Notes under the pieces: generated by a model
What the model saw: only the letters and a program-made list of their open reading frames with translations
Database searches by the model: none
Told to the model about the DNA's origin: nothing
NCBI RefSeq assembly: GCF_001194135.2
Contig: NC_068992.1
Coordinates: 54,197,225 to 54,253,121 of the forward strand
DNA: 55,897 nucleotides
Direction: 5' to 3'
Origin: Octopus bimaculoides
Lineage: Eukaryota
Program-made: the position numbers and the translations under genes
Part shown: piece after piece, positions 11,283 to 24,633 of the stretch
How the letters are laid out: each line of letters starts with the position of its first letter
Position numbering within the stretch: position 1 is the first letter of the stretch

Positions 11283-11632
11283 CTGAGGGAGAACTACCAT
11301 TTGGTAATTATAAATAAAATATCTTAGATACCTCATCTCCTTGTTCGTTTCTATCATCACACTTTGTTATCTTTAAGCGCCATGATTCTGACGATAATGG
11401 AAATAATTATGATGAGGCAAAATAACAACAAAATAACAACAAATATTGTCTCAAATAAAATGATATTGATTATTCATAATGAAAACGTTTATTAGAAAAA
11501 TAATTACCTCGATGTTGTAAACACTGGGAATATTTGTTTTGGAAGTATATATTATGTAAACATCTATAAATAATTACCCAAACTGAGCAATTTAGTTTGT
11601 TTACATAATATATATATATATAAATGTATGTA

Positions 11633-11668
<36 letters not shown>

Positions 11669-11686
11669 GATAGATAGATAGATAGA

Positions 11687-11717
<31 letters not shown>

Positions 11718-11721
11718 ATAC

Positions 11722-12252
11722 AAAAAATATCAAAAATGTTAAGCTAAGTTTCACGGCAACATTACAAAATAAATTTACCCACCTACTCATTCCAACACCC
11801 TTTTCGCAAAACAAGATGATAAATGATGACGAAAACCTTCAGTGTCAAATGTAATATTGAGTAAAGAGATTGGTTAATAGTTTCCAATAAATTACTTCAA
11901 TAGTAAATCTCTATGAAATGGTAATACNNNNNNNNNNNNNNNNNNNNNNNNNNNNNNNNNNNNNNNNNNNNNNNNNNNNNNNNNNNNNNNNNNNNNNNNN
12001 NNNNNNNNNNNNNNNNNNNNNNNNNNNNNNNNNNNNNNNNNNNNNNNNNNNNNNNNNNNNNNNNNNNNNNNNNNNNNNNNNNNNNNNNNNNNNNNNNNNN
12101 NNNNNNNNNNNNNNNNNNNNNNNNNNNNNNNNNNNNNNNNNNNNNNNNNNNNNNNNNNNNNNNNNNNNNNNNNNNNNNNNNNNNNNNNNNNNNNNNNNNN
12201 NNNNNNNNNNNNNNNNNNNNNNNNNNNNNNNNNNNNNNNNNNNNNNNNNNNN

Positions 12253-12339
<87 letters not shown>

Positions 12340-12550
12340 ATATGAAAAAATATCAAAAATGTTAAGCTAAGTTTCACGGCAACATTACAAAATAAATTTA
12401 CCCACCTACTCATTCCAACACCCTTTTCGCAAAACAAGATGATAAATGATGACGAAAACCTTCAGTGTCAAATGTAATATTGAGTAAAGAGATTGGTTAA
12501 TAGTTTCCAATAAATTACTTCAATAGTAAATCTCTATGAAATGGTAATAC
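11722..12550. other. 206-bp duplication flanking a gap (probably two haplotypes)
   Basis: 11722-11927 equals 12345-12550, and the gap lies at 11928-12251. The upstream microsatellites of the two copies differ. Confidence 0.75.
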
Positions 12551-12839
12551 CATTGGACTAAGTGTCTGTAATTAAAATAGACGAATTTAACGATTTAATT
12601 ATGTTTTTCCAATACAAATATTAAGTTGGTTGGTCGGTTGGGTAGTTGGCTGGTTGGCTGGCTGGCTGGTTGGCTAGTTGGTTAGGTTTGGAAGTTTGGA
12701 AACATTTTCATCAGATATTGTTTAAAAAATTTGTCGTTTTAATAGTTACTAATAAGTTATGTGTGTGTATGTATGCATATATATAGGTATATATACTTAT
12801 ATACACAATACTTACATACACACACATATACATATATAT

Positions 12840-12875
<36 letters not shown>

Positions 12876-13184
12876 CTAGATACATATTATATCTATTATT
12901 TATATATGAATTATTTGTTTATTATATGTATAAACATATATATATGTGTTATTTTTACATATATATATTATTTATATTTTAAAGTTTCATAACAGCCAAT
13001 TTATGTTCTCAAATGGTTTCATGCTGAAAAGACCTTCCAGAAGTGGAGAGGAAGCATAAATTGATTGCTATGAAGCTAAAATATTATACACATAAAATAA
13101 TATACCTTTGCTATTACCTAATATACAGGTGCCTGATTTTTTTCCCTTCTCAGACAACTCTATGTATATATATATATATAATAA

Positions 13185-13235
<51 letters not shown>

Positions 13236-13385
13236 TCATATACATACGCATATGCAGACTCACACAGATACACATATACATATATATGATGGCAATCTTG
13301 TTGTATCTCAGGAAAACCATCACTGACGTACTTTTTTTAAAAAATGATGATTTCAACAGCGTCTCTTCTCTTTAAGCCAGCCAGG

Positions 13386-13418
<33 letters not shown>

Positions 13419-14521
13419 TTTGGCAAACCTAACCACCAAAGATACATATATGCATATCTCTCAGTAGAAGTATATATGACACTGTATATAATAACATATC
13501 TATGCTAGTTCTCAAACACTTTTCTATAACATCAATCCCACAGCATCTGTGGTGGTCTTCAGCTATAACTATATTACTGTAGAAGCATTGTTCTATACAT
13601 TGGCGCTATCAACTAATCGAGAGGTGATCTGATTTCCAACACACTATCCAGAATTTTATGTAATAAATTTTAACAATAAAATCGTTCAATTTTTTCACTT
13701 TTTTTTTATCTGTGTGTATATATTTGTTTAAAGAGAAACAAACTTTGTCTTGCTGTTCCAGTACTGGTTGTTTTGGCATACATCATATTAAATATACAAG
13801 TCAGCGCCACATTCTTCAGATAAGACCAAATATCATTTGTTTACATAACTGTCTTCATCTTTGCTTTTATCAAACAATATTTTAACTGCTGAGGTTGTCT
13901 GGCCATGTTTATGTTAAACCATATGCCCACACATGCATAAGTACACACAGAACTACACACACATGCATTATATCTACATGTGTATGTGTATGTATACATT
14001 TGACTGCATACTAATGTTTGCATATGTCTATAGATATTTGTATGTGTGCATGTGTGTATCTGTTTGCATATATATATGTATGTATGTATGTAAATATATA
14101 TACATATATATATATATGAATGTGAATATACAAATGGTGTTTGTTTATGTAACGATGCTTGTGTAAAGAAAAATTTCACTTTGACAAATCCATGGCAGGT
14201 ATTTATTTATGACTCAGGGGTACAAAGCAACTTTTGAACCCAACCCAAACTTTTAAACATAGCAACGTAACAGAACTTCTCTCATCTGTTAAAATTTTTT
14301 GCCATATGTGACATGAGGGTGACAGCCTGTCATTCTACGTTCAATACCATGCTGACATATATTTGGTAAACGATGAACTTCAATTTATGTCAAATCTCAA
14401 TCTACTAAATTGCTAGCAAAAGAGGCTTATGGCTCTAAATTTGCAATTAGTATACAGTTTTTGACAGTAAATTTCATCTATAGACATGATAGCAATTTTT
14501 TTATATTTTTAGATCTATACG

Positions 14522-14660
14522 GAGGCAGACTTAGCTATGTGGTTAAGAACCTTGGTCCAAGATCATGTAGTACATTGGAGAAGTATCTTCTAGTATAGCT
14601 TCATCAACCAGTTCCTTGTGAGTGGATTATGTAGATGTAGACAGTGCAAAGCCCATTGTA
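14522..14660 (+). mobile_element. SINE-A-like 5' fragment, strongly diverged
   Basis: GCTATGTGGTTAAGAA...GAGAAGTATCTTCTAGTATAGC...CCTTGTGAGTGGATT. Confidence 0.55.
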
Positions 14661-14839
14661 CACACACAAACACATGATGTGTGTAACACACACTCACACA
14701 CAGCACACATACATGCACACTCAAATACACACACACATATTCACAAATATATGATACATATGTGTGTGTGTGCATGTGATGTATGTGTGTGTGTGTATGT
14801 GTGTGTGTGTGCAAGTGCTGTGTGTGTGGGTAACTTGGA

Positions 14840-14950
14840 AACAGGTGAGGGTTGGCTACAGGAAGGGCATCCAGCCATTAAAAAGAAGCTGCTTCACTGA
14901 ATCCCAACTGACTCATGGAAAAGTAGACATTAAGGCAATAACGATGAGGA
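14840..14950 (+). mobile_element. RTE-type 3' tail fragment
   Basis: GGTTGGCTACAGGAAGGGCATCCAGCC...CATGGAAAAGTAGACATTAA, followed by (GAT)n, similar to 19578-19918. Confidence 0.55.
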
Positions 14951-15822
14951 GGGAGAGGAGGAGAATGATGATAACCATGTTGATGATGAGGATGATGATG
15001 ATGAGGATGACGATGATGATGATGATGCTGATATGTGTATGAGTATGTATGTGTCTATGTGCATCTCTGTCAATGTTCAAACTGCATCTCACATGAAGAA
15101 GCAGTGATCAACAAATTGTGAAGTTTGTTGTCATTCTTTACCAGTAGACTGTTCACAAGCTCTGCGTTGTTGAAGATGCATAAGATATCAAAAATATTTC
15201 TTTTACTTGAAAAACAGGTAAAGGTTAGCAACAGCAAGAGCATCCATCTATAACGCAATACTTCAAAGAACAGAGATTTATCTAACACATGCGAACACAC
15301 ATTAGATAAATGGGCATAAATAATGGGCATAAAAATTAAAGAACTTTGAGCAGTCTCGTCTTCACTCAGGACATAGCCAAGTCTTAAATATTAAAGTTGT
15401 TTACATATCTATTACTTTGGTTGAAAGAAACCAACAACAACAAGATAAAAAGTGTGAGATTATAATTATGTGCATAGAAAATTGTCTCAGAGATTTCGAT
15501 GAAGGAGCAGTGAAGTAATTTCTCTAAATGGTAGAAATATCATCATGATCGTTGTCAGGGGCGTCGTCATCATTATCATCAGTATCCTCGACATTATCTG
15601 GTTGTCAGTGTTACCATTGCCCCAGTTACAGCTGTTGTTGTCATCATCATCATGCAAGTCGTTCTTGACAGCGACAGCAAATGGCAGTGGCATTACGACA
15701 TTACATTGTTGCCATCATCAGACCCACCATCATCAGCATCACCATTATCATCATCATCATTGTCGTCATCATCATCACCATTGTTGTCATCTTCATTTTT
15801 ACATCTAAGTACATATAAATTG

Positions 15823-15861
<39 letters not shown>

Positions 15862-16291
15862 TATATCAAAGATTGAACAGACAAAACACAACAAGGAGAA
15901 AAAGTTAGACAAAAGCAGAGCAAACAGGAAACAAGACAAAAACTTAACAGACAGAGAATATAGACAGGGACACGATACATGGAATATTCGCAGCTGAGTT
16001 TTCCTCTTCAATCAATGACCAAAATATCATCATTATATATATACATGTGTATATTCATATGCTTATATGAATACATGCATACATATATATATATATATAT
16101 ATATATAGGTGAAACTTATGTTTTTGTTTTCTGAAAAAGCAACGATTTGGACTTACAACACTTTTTCATAATAGCAATGATATACACATATATATATATA
16201 TATATATATATAAATATAAACATACATATGTACATACATATAATACATACATATATACATGCATACATGCATACATACATACATATATTTG

Positions 16292-16326
<35 letters not shown>

Positions 16327-16336
16327 NNNNNNNNNN

Positions 16337-16375
<39 letters not shown>

Positions 16376-16658
16376 CACAGGGAATGAAAGATTGAGATAT
16401 GTATGTGTTTAATTAACGAAGCTTAATTTTTATTAAGTCAACATGTATGACTTTTTTTAATACTTTTGGGAAAATTAGTAATTACAAGTTTCATGTTGTC
16501 TTGTGAATATTTTAATTTATTTTTTAGTTACATCCAGCTTCTGTTGATGCCATATCCCATTTATAAACATGCAAAAGCATATAAATACATATATCTAATT
16601 ACATACACACATATGTATTTGTATACAGATATGTGTGTGTGTGTGTATAGATATATAT

Positions 16659-16723
<65 letters not shown>

Positions 16724-17943
16724 TATGTACTTACATGTGTATACTTATATGTATATATATTCATATTTATATGGAAGTAAATATATGCATATATGTGTGT
16801 GTATGTATGTATATATACATATGCACACATACACGCATATATAAAACTGTATATGCTTATATAATTTTGTTAGCACGTATTATATGTGTATGTCTGCAAC
16901 TATATATGCATACACTTAGAAATTAAATAAAGTAACTATTTTTAAAAAATTGCCCGCTTTCTTCTTTCTCTTCCACTTCTTGTCCTTTTTCTTTTCTTTC
17001 TTCTTCATCCATTCCACCACTTCATCCTCTCCAAATCCATTTCTAAGCAAGGAAAAACTTTCAGACAAAAAAAATTTTAGACTTTATAAAAATACATAAT
17101 AATAATAATAATAATAATAAATCCAATAATAATAATAGTAATAATAATAATAATAACAACAATAATAATAATGATTATGATTATAATAATGAACAAAATA
17201 ACATTTTTTTCCTTAAGAAAAAAATACGGCCTAAATTACACCATAAAATCCTAAACTGAAAATAACAACAATTACAAGAGTAACAACAACCATAACAACA
17301 CTGACGATGATGGTGATGCTGATGACCATGATGATAGTAATAATAATGCCAACAATAATAATAATAATAATTAAAAAATAATGAGAAACTCCAAGTGTTG
17401 TTAGTTTGCTTCTCAAACAGTATTTAAGATCGATAATTCGGTGACTTAACTGAATCGAGAAAAATTATTTTGCTTTATTTATAGATCCTGTTATTTTTTG
17501 TATATTTGTTTTTGTTCATTCTGTTTTTTTTTTGTTTTTGTCCCTTTTTATGTGTTGTTTGTTTATTTGTTTGCTTCAAATCAAAGTCGAATTTTTTTAT
17601 AATTTTTTTAAAAACTTTTTTTAGCTTGTGTTTATTTGTTTGTTTGTTCTGGAATAAAAATGTCTTGTTATTGTTGTTATTGGTTATCGTAGTTATGGTG
17701 GTGGTGGTGGTAGTTGTGTGTAGGTAGTGGCGGTAGTAGTGGTAATCGAAGTGTGGTGATGGTACTGTAAGTGGCTTTTTTTATATTAAAAATCTAAATA
17801 TTCTTCAATTATTATTGAATTTATTTATTTATTTATTATCATTAGTATTCTGTGTATACATGGGTATATGCGTATATATGTGTAAGTGTATACATATATA
17901 TATATACATACACACATACATTCATACATACATATATATACAC

Positions 17944-18018
<75 letters not shown>

Positions 18019-18564
18019 AATATATATATATATGTATGTATGCGTGTATGTATATATATTTATATGTATATATATATATATGTGTGTGTCTAGATGTGTA
18101 TGTCTGAGTAATTTATTCTTCATGGTACTTGTCTTCACACATATTTTGACATAAGTCAAAGCAGTTCAATGTATATTTGCAGACAAAAACACACCCCTTT
18201 TTTTCTTTCTTTCTCTCTCTCTCTTTTCTTCCTTCTTTCCTTCCTTCATTTCTTTCTTCTTCATCTTCCACCCTTCTTGCAACTTCTCCTCTCGCTCTGT
18301 CCCACTTATCTCTTGTTCCTCTCTTTCACAAAATGTCACAGATGAAAGGTTTTCTTTATCATTATTCTTCAACAGTTAAAATTTTTTTTTAAATGGTTAA
18401 TAGATCATCATGGGATGGTAGAATCAGTAAAAAACAAAGCTTTCTTCTTTGGACGGTATTTAATTTAGACCCTAACGTTTGGAGTTCAAAACCTACAATC
18501 TTAAGCTTAATCTTTTTTCAGTCTTCCTTTCATTTTTCTTGTTTCAATCACCATCCTACTACTT

Positions 18565-18720
18565 AGCTTCTTCTTCTTCTTCTTCCCTTCTCCTCCTTCT
18601 TCATCTCCTTCTTCTTCTCCTTCTTCATCTTCTTCTTCTCCTTCTTCTTTTCCTCCTTCTTCTTCTCCTTCTTCTTCTTCTCCTCCTCCTGTTCCTTCTT
18701 CATCTTCATTTTCTTTTTTC
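18565..18720. repeat. (CTT/CTC)n compound microsatellite
   Basis: Read directly from the sequence. Confidence 0.95.
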
Positions 18721-19260
18721 ACCCTTCTCATAACCCTTCCCCCCCTCTCTCTCTCTCTCTCTCTCTTCCACTCATTCAAGAAATCTCTGACATGAAAGGC
18801 CAGCACTGTCTTTACTCTCTCAGAGTAAGGCTGTGGGTTGGCAGGACCATTATTAGCACAGCAAACAAAATGCTCAATGGCATTTCTTGCAGGGCTTCAC
18901 ATTCCAGGTTCAAATCAGAGCAAAGATCAATTTTACTTTTCATATATTGATGTAAATACCTGTATAAATAAATATCTATAAATAAATATAGATATAATAT
19001 ACATCAAGTACAGGACATCATCAACGAGTGAAAAATACATAGACACATGAGTGATATGTACAGGGCAAATTACCAAAAAATATACAAGAACAGGACATCA
19101 CCAACAAGTGAAAAATGCATAAGCACTTAATGAGATACAAGTATAAGACAAAACACCAATGGAAGTCTAACCCCTCCTCAGTTGTCGACTGTTAATTACT
19201 CCCTATTTCAAGACTTTCAACAACAATATAGGAAAACTTCATAAAACAGCAGCAACCAGA

Positions 19261-19296
<36 letters not shown>

Positions 19297-19399
19297 NNNN
19301 NNNNNNNNNNNNNNNNNNNNNNNNNNNNNNNNNNNNNNNNNNNNNNNNNNNNNNNNNNNNGAGAGAGAGAGATGGGGGGCAATGTGCTTCTTCTTTTTG

Positions 19400-19535
19400 T
19401 TTCCATCCGTGACAGTCACTGACAAAGCTTCACTTAGTCCAGGGCTATAGTAGAAGACATTGGTCCAAGGTGCCATTCAGTGGAACTGAAAGTAAGAACC
19501 ACGCTGAAGCAAACTTTTTACCACACAGCTATGCA
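19400..19535 (-). mobile_element. SINE-A 5' fragment
   Basis: CCAGGGCTATAGTAGAAGACATTGGTCCAAGGTGCC...TTTTACCACACAGC. Confidence 0.75.
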
Positions 19536-19577
19536 TATAAGCACACGCACACACACACACACATATATATAGAATAT

Positions 19578-19918
19578 GAGAGCCGTAGCCGATGCCAGTG
19601 CCACCTGACTGGTAACCTTGCTGGTGGCACGTAATAAGACCCATTCAAGCGTGGGTCGATGCCAGTGCTACACAACTGGCTCCCCATGTACATAAAAAGC
19701 ACTGGTCAAAGCCAGTGCCCCTCAACTGACTCCCATGCCGATGGCATGTAAAAAGGAACCCACTACACTCTCATAGAGGCTGGTGTTAGGAAGGGCATCC
19801 AGCTGTAGAAACCTTGCCAGATAAAATTGGAGCCTGGTGCAGCCTACTGGCTTGCCAGTCCTCAGTCAAACTGCCCAACCCGTGGCAAAATGGAAAATGG
19901 ATGTTAAACGATGATGAT
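19578..19918 (+). mobile_element. RTE-clade LINE 3' UTR / tail with three internal subrepeats and a (GAT)n end
   Basis: GCCAGTGC units occur near 19588, 19655 and 19705, followed by AGGAAGGGCATCCAGCTGTAGAAAC...GGATGTTAAACGATGATGAT. The tail is shared with 48580-48807, 51654-51717 and 53884-54033. The RTE assignment is inferred from the (GAT)n tail and the adjacent ORF2 fragment. Confidence 0.7.
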
Positions 19919-19956
19919 ATATATATAGAATGGATATATGTTGCATGTGTGTGTGT

Positions 19957-20094
19957 CTAACAGTTGAGGGAACCCGTGGAAGAGGTAGGCCCAGGAAGAC
20001 CTGGGCTGAGGTGGTGAGGCAAGACCTTCGTACATTGGGCCTCACCGAGGCGATGACTACGGACCGAGACCTTTGGAAATGGGCTGTGCGTGAG
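19957..20094 (+). mobile_element. RTE-clade LINE ORF2 C-terminal fragment, cut by a gap
   Basis: It translates to LTVEGTRGRGRPRKTWAEVVRQDLRTLGLTEAMTTDRDLWKWAVRE. This is the GRGRPRKxW...DL...GL...DR..W pattern typical of the end of RTE reverse transcriptase ORFs. Confidence 0.85.
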
Positions 20095-20479
20095 NNNNNN
20101 NNNNNNNNNNNNNNNNNNNNNNNNNNNNNNNNNNNNNNNNNNNNNNNNNNNNNNNNNNNNNNNNNNNNNNNNNNNNNNNNNNNNNNNNNNNNNNNNNNNN
20201 NNNNNNNNNNNNNNNNNNNNNNNNNNNNNNNNNNNNNNNNNNNNNNNNNNNNNNNNNNNNNNNNNNNNNNNNNNNNNNNNNNNNNNNNNNNNNNNNNNNN
20301 NNNNNNNNNNNNNNNNNNNNNNNNNNNNNNNNNNNNNNNNNNNNNNNNNNNNNNNNNNNNNNNNNNNNNNNNNNNNNNNNNNNNNNNNNNNNNNNNNNNN
20401 NNNNNNNNNNNATATATATATATATATATATATATACATCCATTCTGAACTTTTTCCTCTGCCACATTTCATTCACTAG

Positions 20480-20590
20480 ACATTGGTCATTTGAAGACTA
20501 TATTAGGAGGGACTCGCCTAAAGTGCTTTACAGTGGTTTTGAACCTGAAACCACGCGGTTGATAAATCAGCTTCTTAGCCATACTCTTAT
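20480..20590 (-). mobile_element. SINE-A 5' fragment, diverged
   Basis: GAAGACTATATTAGG...TTTGAACCTGAAACCACGCGGTTG...CTTCTTAGCCATAC. Confidence 0.55.
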
Positions 20591-22299
20591 ACATGCATCT
20601 GTTGTTTTCATATCAAAAAATTAGCATTTCTATTCTATTAAAGACGATAGATACCAATATTGGTAGAGTGCCAGATACCACTCTGTTATGACTTTTTATA
20701 TTTCTGAGTTCATATCCTCACAATATAAACTCTGTTTACCATTCTTCTGCAGGTGATATAATACAATAGTGGTCACATACTGATGCCGATCTAGATTACT
20801 ATATTGCCCTCCCAAAATCTGCAGTCTTTTACCAATTATAAAAAATCATAATCACCAACATTATCATCAAATCAGTTGTTGGCAGAATTATTGTAATGTC
20901 ATACAGAATTTAAACGATGCCAAAGTTCAAAATACATTTTATTCTGTCATTCTTTGCCTAAGCTATTCCAATAAATTTATATCATTAAAAATGCCATAAA
21001 ATTTTATTAGTAGTAAATATAAAGGTTAGAGAAATTAGAAGAAATTGCAAAGCACAAATGGACCATTTATCACTAACGAATTTAGTTCGATCAGTTTCAC
21101 AGTTGAAGTCTCACTAAGTGGTATTTATATTTTGCTATTTCACTTTAAGCATTAAGTACCAGTAATTTTTTTACATCTCCTTTCCCATTCTAGTATTGGT
21201 TAAACAAGACTCTTGAGGCAGTATTTTATAGCCAAATGCTTATCTCAATTCAAGTTCTTTTAGTCACCTTTTTATGACATGCAGAAATATTGTGTATATT
21301 AAAAGAACTAAGTTACACAAGCCTCTGATATTGAATACAGAGTTAACCACTTATGGTATGCAAATTAGTAGCTCCAATTCTCTAGAGTTACTAATTTGAT
21401 ATGTATTTATATAAACAGATTAGTTGTTTGTTCCTTTGGGATTGACTAAGTGATATAGACACTTCTGGTTCCAAATAAGAGCAGAAAATCAATTAAGGCA
21501 TTTCATCATTTTTTTTTTTAATCTATCTATGGAGAAATAGGTAATTTTGACACGTGTTTATATCTAGAATGTAGGTTTACATACAAATGTGCATGTGTGT
21601 ATATCTGCATGTATGTGTGTGTATATATCTTCTAACAATGTATAATTGGTAAAGAATATAAACATTGCCAATAAATATAAAAAGAAGTGACACTCCCTCG
21701 TCACTCTCCCTATGTGCAAAATGCTGTGAACTAGTGATTAACCTATTGGGTACCTATAACCAATGACACTATAGTGATCACCATTTGCAGTATAAAACAA
21801 ACAGAACCAGTATTATATTGAAAGCCACAGATGACTGAACTAGAATGATTACAGACAACAAACTAATGGGATTTTTCAGTTTGTAGCCTTTCACCAATCC
21901 TGTATGGTGGCTGTAATTAAATAGTTAAGTCTCAAAGTGTTCAAGTCTTCCTAGCTATAAGTAAGCGTTGTATAAAAGCATTGTAAACTGTGAGCAGCTC
22001 GCATTTGTTTAGAGTATTGATTTATTACACTGGAAGATGCCACCGACTTTTAGGGAAGGTGTCATGGTAATCATCATCATCATCATCATCATGTTTTAAT
22101 GCCTGTCTTTCATGCCAGCATGGATTTGAAGACAAATTAAAATGAGATAAATTCGTTAATGTGCTGAGTTGTACTTCAGCAGTGGGCCTAGGCCCAAGAC
22201 AGAACCCCTACTAACAACACTATTTTATCAATAAATATCAACGGCTGATTGAAGCTGAATTATGTGATATACTGGGTCTTGTGTAGAATATGAACAAAT

Positions 22300-22691
22300 C
22301 GCAAGAGTGGCTGTATAGCTTGCTTATGAACCACATGGTTCTGGGTTCATTCCCACTGCGTGGCACCTTGGACAAGTGTCTTCTACTATAGCCTCGGGCC
22401 GACCAAAGCCTTGTGAGTGGATTTAGTAGACGGAAACTGAAAGAAGCCTGTCGTATATATGTATATATGTGTGCATATGTTTGTGTGTCTGTGTTTGTCC
22501 CCGCCCAACATCGCTTGACAACCGATGGTGGTGTGTTTATGTCCCTGTAACTTAGTGGTTTGGCAAAAGAGACTGATAGAATAAGTACTAGGCTTCCAAA
22601 GAATAAGTCCTGGGGTTGATGTGCTCGATTAAAGGCGGTGCTCCAGCATAGCTGCAGTCAAATGACTGAAACAAGTTAAGAGTAAAAGAGT
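22300..22691 (+). mobile_element. SINE-A, full length
   Basis: Head, central (TA/TG)n tract, 3' half and AAGAGTAAAAGAG tail, co-linear with 52829-53236. Confidence 0.92.
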
Positions 22692-23129
22692 AAATCAATA
22701 TTAGATGAATTTGTTAAAATACTGAACTTGTATTGATATGCATGTCCGTGTAAAGATAATACTCTAGTTTTCTTATCTAAATGGAAAATAATGATTTGTT
22801 ACATTGGAAAAATTCCACAAACTTTTAGGTAAGGGGTTTAAGGTTGCCAAATTAAAATGAGAAAAGTTCAAATCCAGTAGGATTTGAACAGTAGTGTAGA
22901 AGAAGTAAGCCATTGCTCTAGAGAGATAATACTAACTACTTTAACTGATCAAAAGAATTCCATTCTACCATTGTTTTCAACTACCTACAAATTTGGGTAT
23001 TAACATTAATTTGATATTATTTCCTCCCTTTCTACTCCCTTTCCTTCATTCTTTCTTTCGATACCGATTCCTCATAGTATTTGCTCTAGAACCTTCCTTC
23101 TTATACAGCTCACCCTATCACATTTTCAG

Positions 23130-23251
23130 CTGCAAAATTCAGCTCAGCTAATGAGTCTGTAAAATTCAGCTCAGTTAATTTTACTGCAAAACTCAACTCA
23201 GATAACCTTTTAGCAAAAATTCACCTCAGCTAATTTTGGTGCAAAATTCAG
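23130..23251. repeat. 27-bp degenerate minisatellite, about 4.5 copies
   Basis: CTGCAAAATTCAGCTCAGCTAATGAGT / CTGTAAAATTCAGCTCAGTTAATTTTA / CTGCAAAACTCAACTCAGATAACCTTT / TAGCAAAAATTCACCTCAGCTAATTTTG / GTGCAAAATTCAG. Confidence 0.9.
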
Positions 23252-23950
23252 TTTTACCAATCTGATAGACTTCCAGGTTTTCTGAATGTCATCTAAGTTA
23301 GGCATACAAATTGTCAGGCACCATTTCCCAAAGATGCTCAGCTGCTTCAGATGACCTAAAAGAAGCAATTATCATACCCTTACAAAATGGTACCTGCTGA
23401 TTAAAGTAAATCAACACAAAACTTGGAAAAGGGAAAAGAAAACCCTTTGGAATTATTAGCTGTAAGTGCTCTGTGCTCCCCCTGGATACTACCAAGTGGT
23501 ATAACTGGTACTTGATACACCATTCAGAATATACAAAAGAGATAACTAAATTAGGTTTGACTACTGAAGCTGTTTGATTGTAGAGCAGAAAGAAATAGAC
23601 AAAACGTTTATTTGTGTTAGTGGAAAATGGTGTCTTATGAAGAATAGAAAATTTCTGACTATATATGCCATACCATCTAAGTTAGGAAGGGGTAATAGAC
23701 CAAAATCTTTCAGCTTCCTAATTCTACTTTGATATGGAGTGGTGGAGGTACATTCTATGTGAAGCAGCTTCTCACCAAAACCTTGTTATTTTTTATAACA
23801 AGGTTTTGGATGCTCCATCAAAAATCTCTATTCACTTTTTCTTTCCTGGATTGTACTTGTAAATGTGTTGCATAAGTTTATACTATAAAATCTTTATCAA
23901 ATAGTCAAGATTTATGTATTAGAACACCTATTTCTCTTTTCTCGTAGTGG

Positions 23951-24031
<81 letters not shown>

Positions 24032-24598
24032 TGACCAGCAAAAGTGGACTCCTATATGCTAGAAATAGATGCCGAATCATTTAACCACGAAGAAATATGT
24101 TCTCAGTAAAAAAATAGCGACACAACAGACTGTAAAAGGGCAAGGCAAATGAAAATATACTAAAAAAACGATTAACCTACGTACCATGGTTTCACNNNNN
24201 NNNNNNNNNNNNNNNNNNNNNNNNNNNNNNNNNNNNNNNNNNNNNNNNNNNNNNNNNNNNNNNNNNNNNNNNNNNNNNNNNNNNNNNNNNNNNNNNNNNN
24301 NNNNNNNNNNNNNNNNNNNNNNNNNNNNNNNNNNNNNNNNNNNNNNNNNNNNNNNNNNNNNNNNNNNNNNNNNNNNNNNNNNNNNNNNNNNNNNNNNNNN
24401 NNNNNNNNNNNNNNNNNNNNNNNNNNNNNNNNNNNNNNNNNNNNNNNNNNNNNNNNNNNNNNNNNNNNNNNNNNNNNNNNNNNNNNNNNNNNNNNNNNNN
24501 NNNNNNNNNNNNNNNNNNNNNNNNNNNNNNNNNNNNNNNNNNNNNNNNNNNNNNNNNNNNNNNNNNNNNNNNNNNNNNNNNNNNNNNNNNNNNNNNTA

Positions 24599-24633
<35 letters not shown>

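Noticed and set aside
13760-14200. Scattered single splice-like sites (TTCCAG| near 13761; GGCAG|GTATTT near 14198)
   Set aside because: Each lacks a convincing partner site, so they are expected background in AT-rich DNA.
15070-15400. Possible decayed RT (plus-strand LDKWA*IMGIKIKEL) or the minus-strand 86-aa ORF
   Set aside because: The resemblance to 'L..WA...GM.IN' is short and there is no clear YADD-like motif upstream. It is too weak to call without a profile search.
23130-23251. The 27-bp array read as a CRISPR array
   Set aside because: The variable linkers are only 5-6 nt, the repeats are degenerate, there are no cas genes, and the context is eukaryotic.
23317-23390. TISQRCSAASDDLKEAIIIPLQNG as an exon or RT fragment
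   Set aside because: KEAIIIPL echoes the LINE 'WK.A.I.P..K' motif, but the downstream NYRxISL motif is absent and the donor (ATG|GTACCT) is weak.
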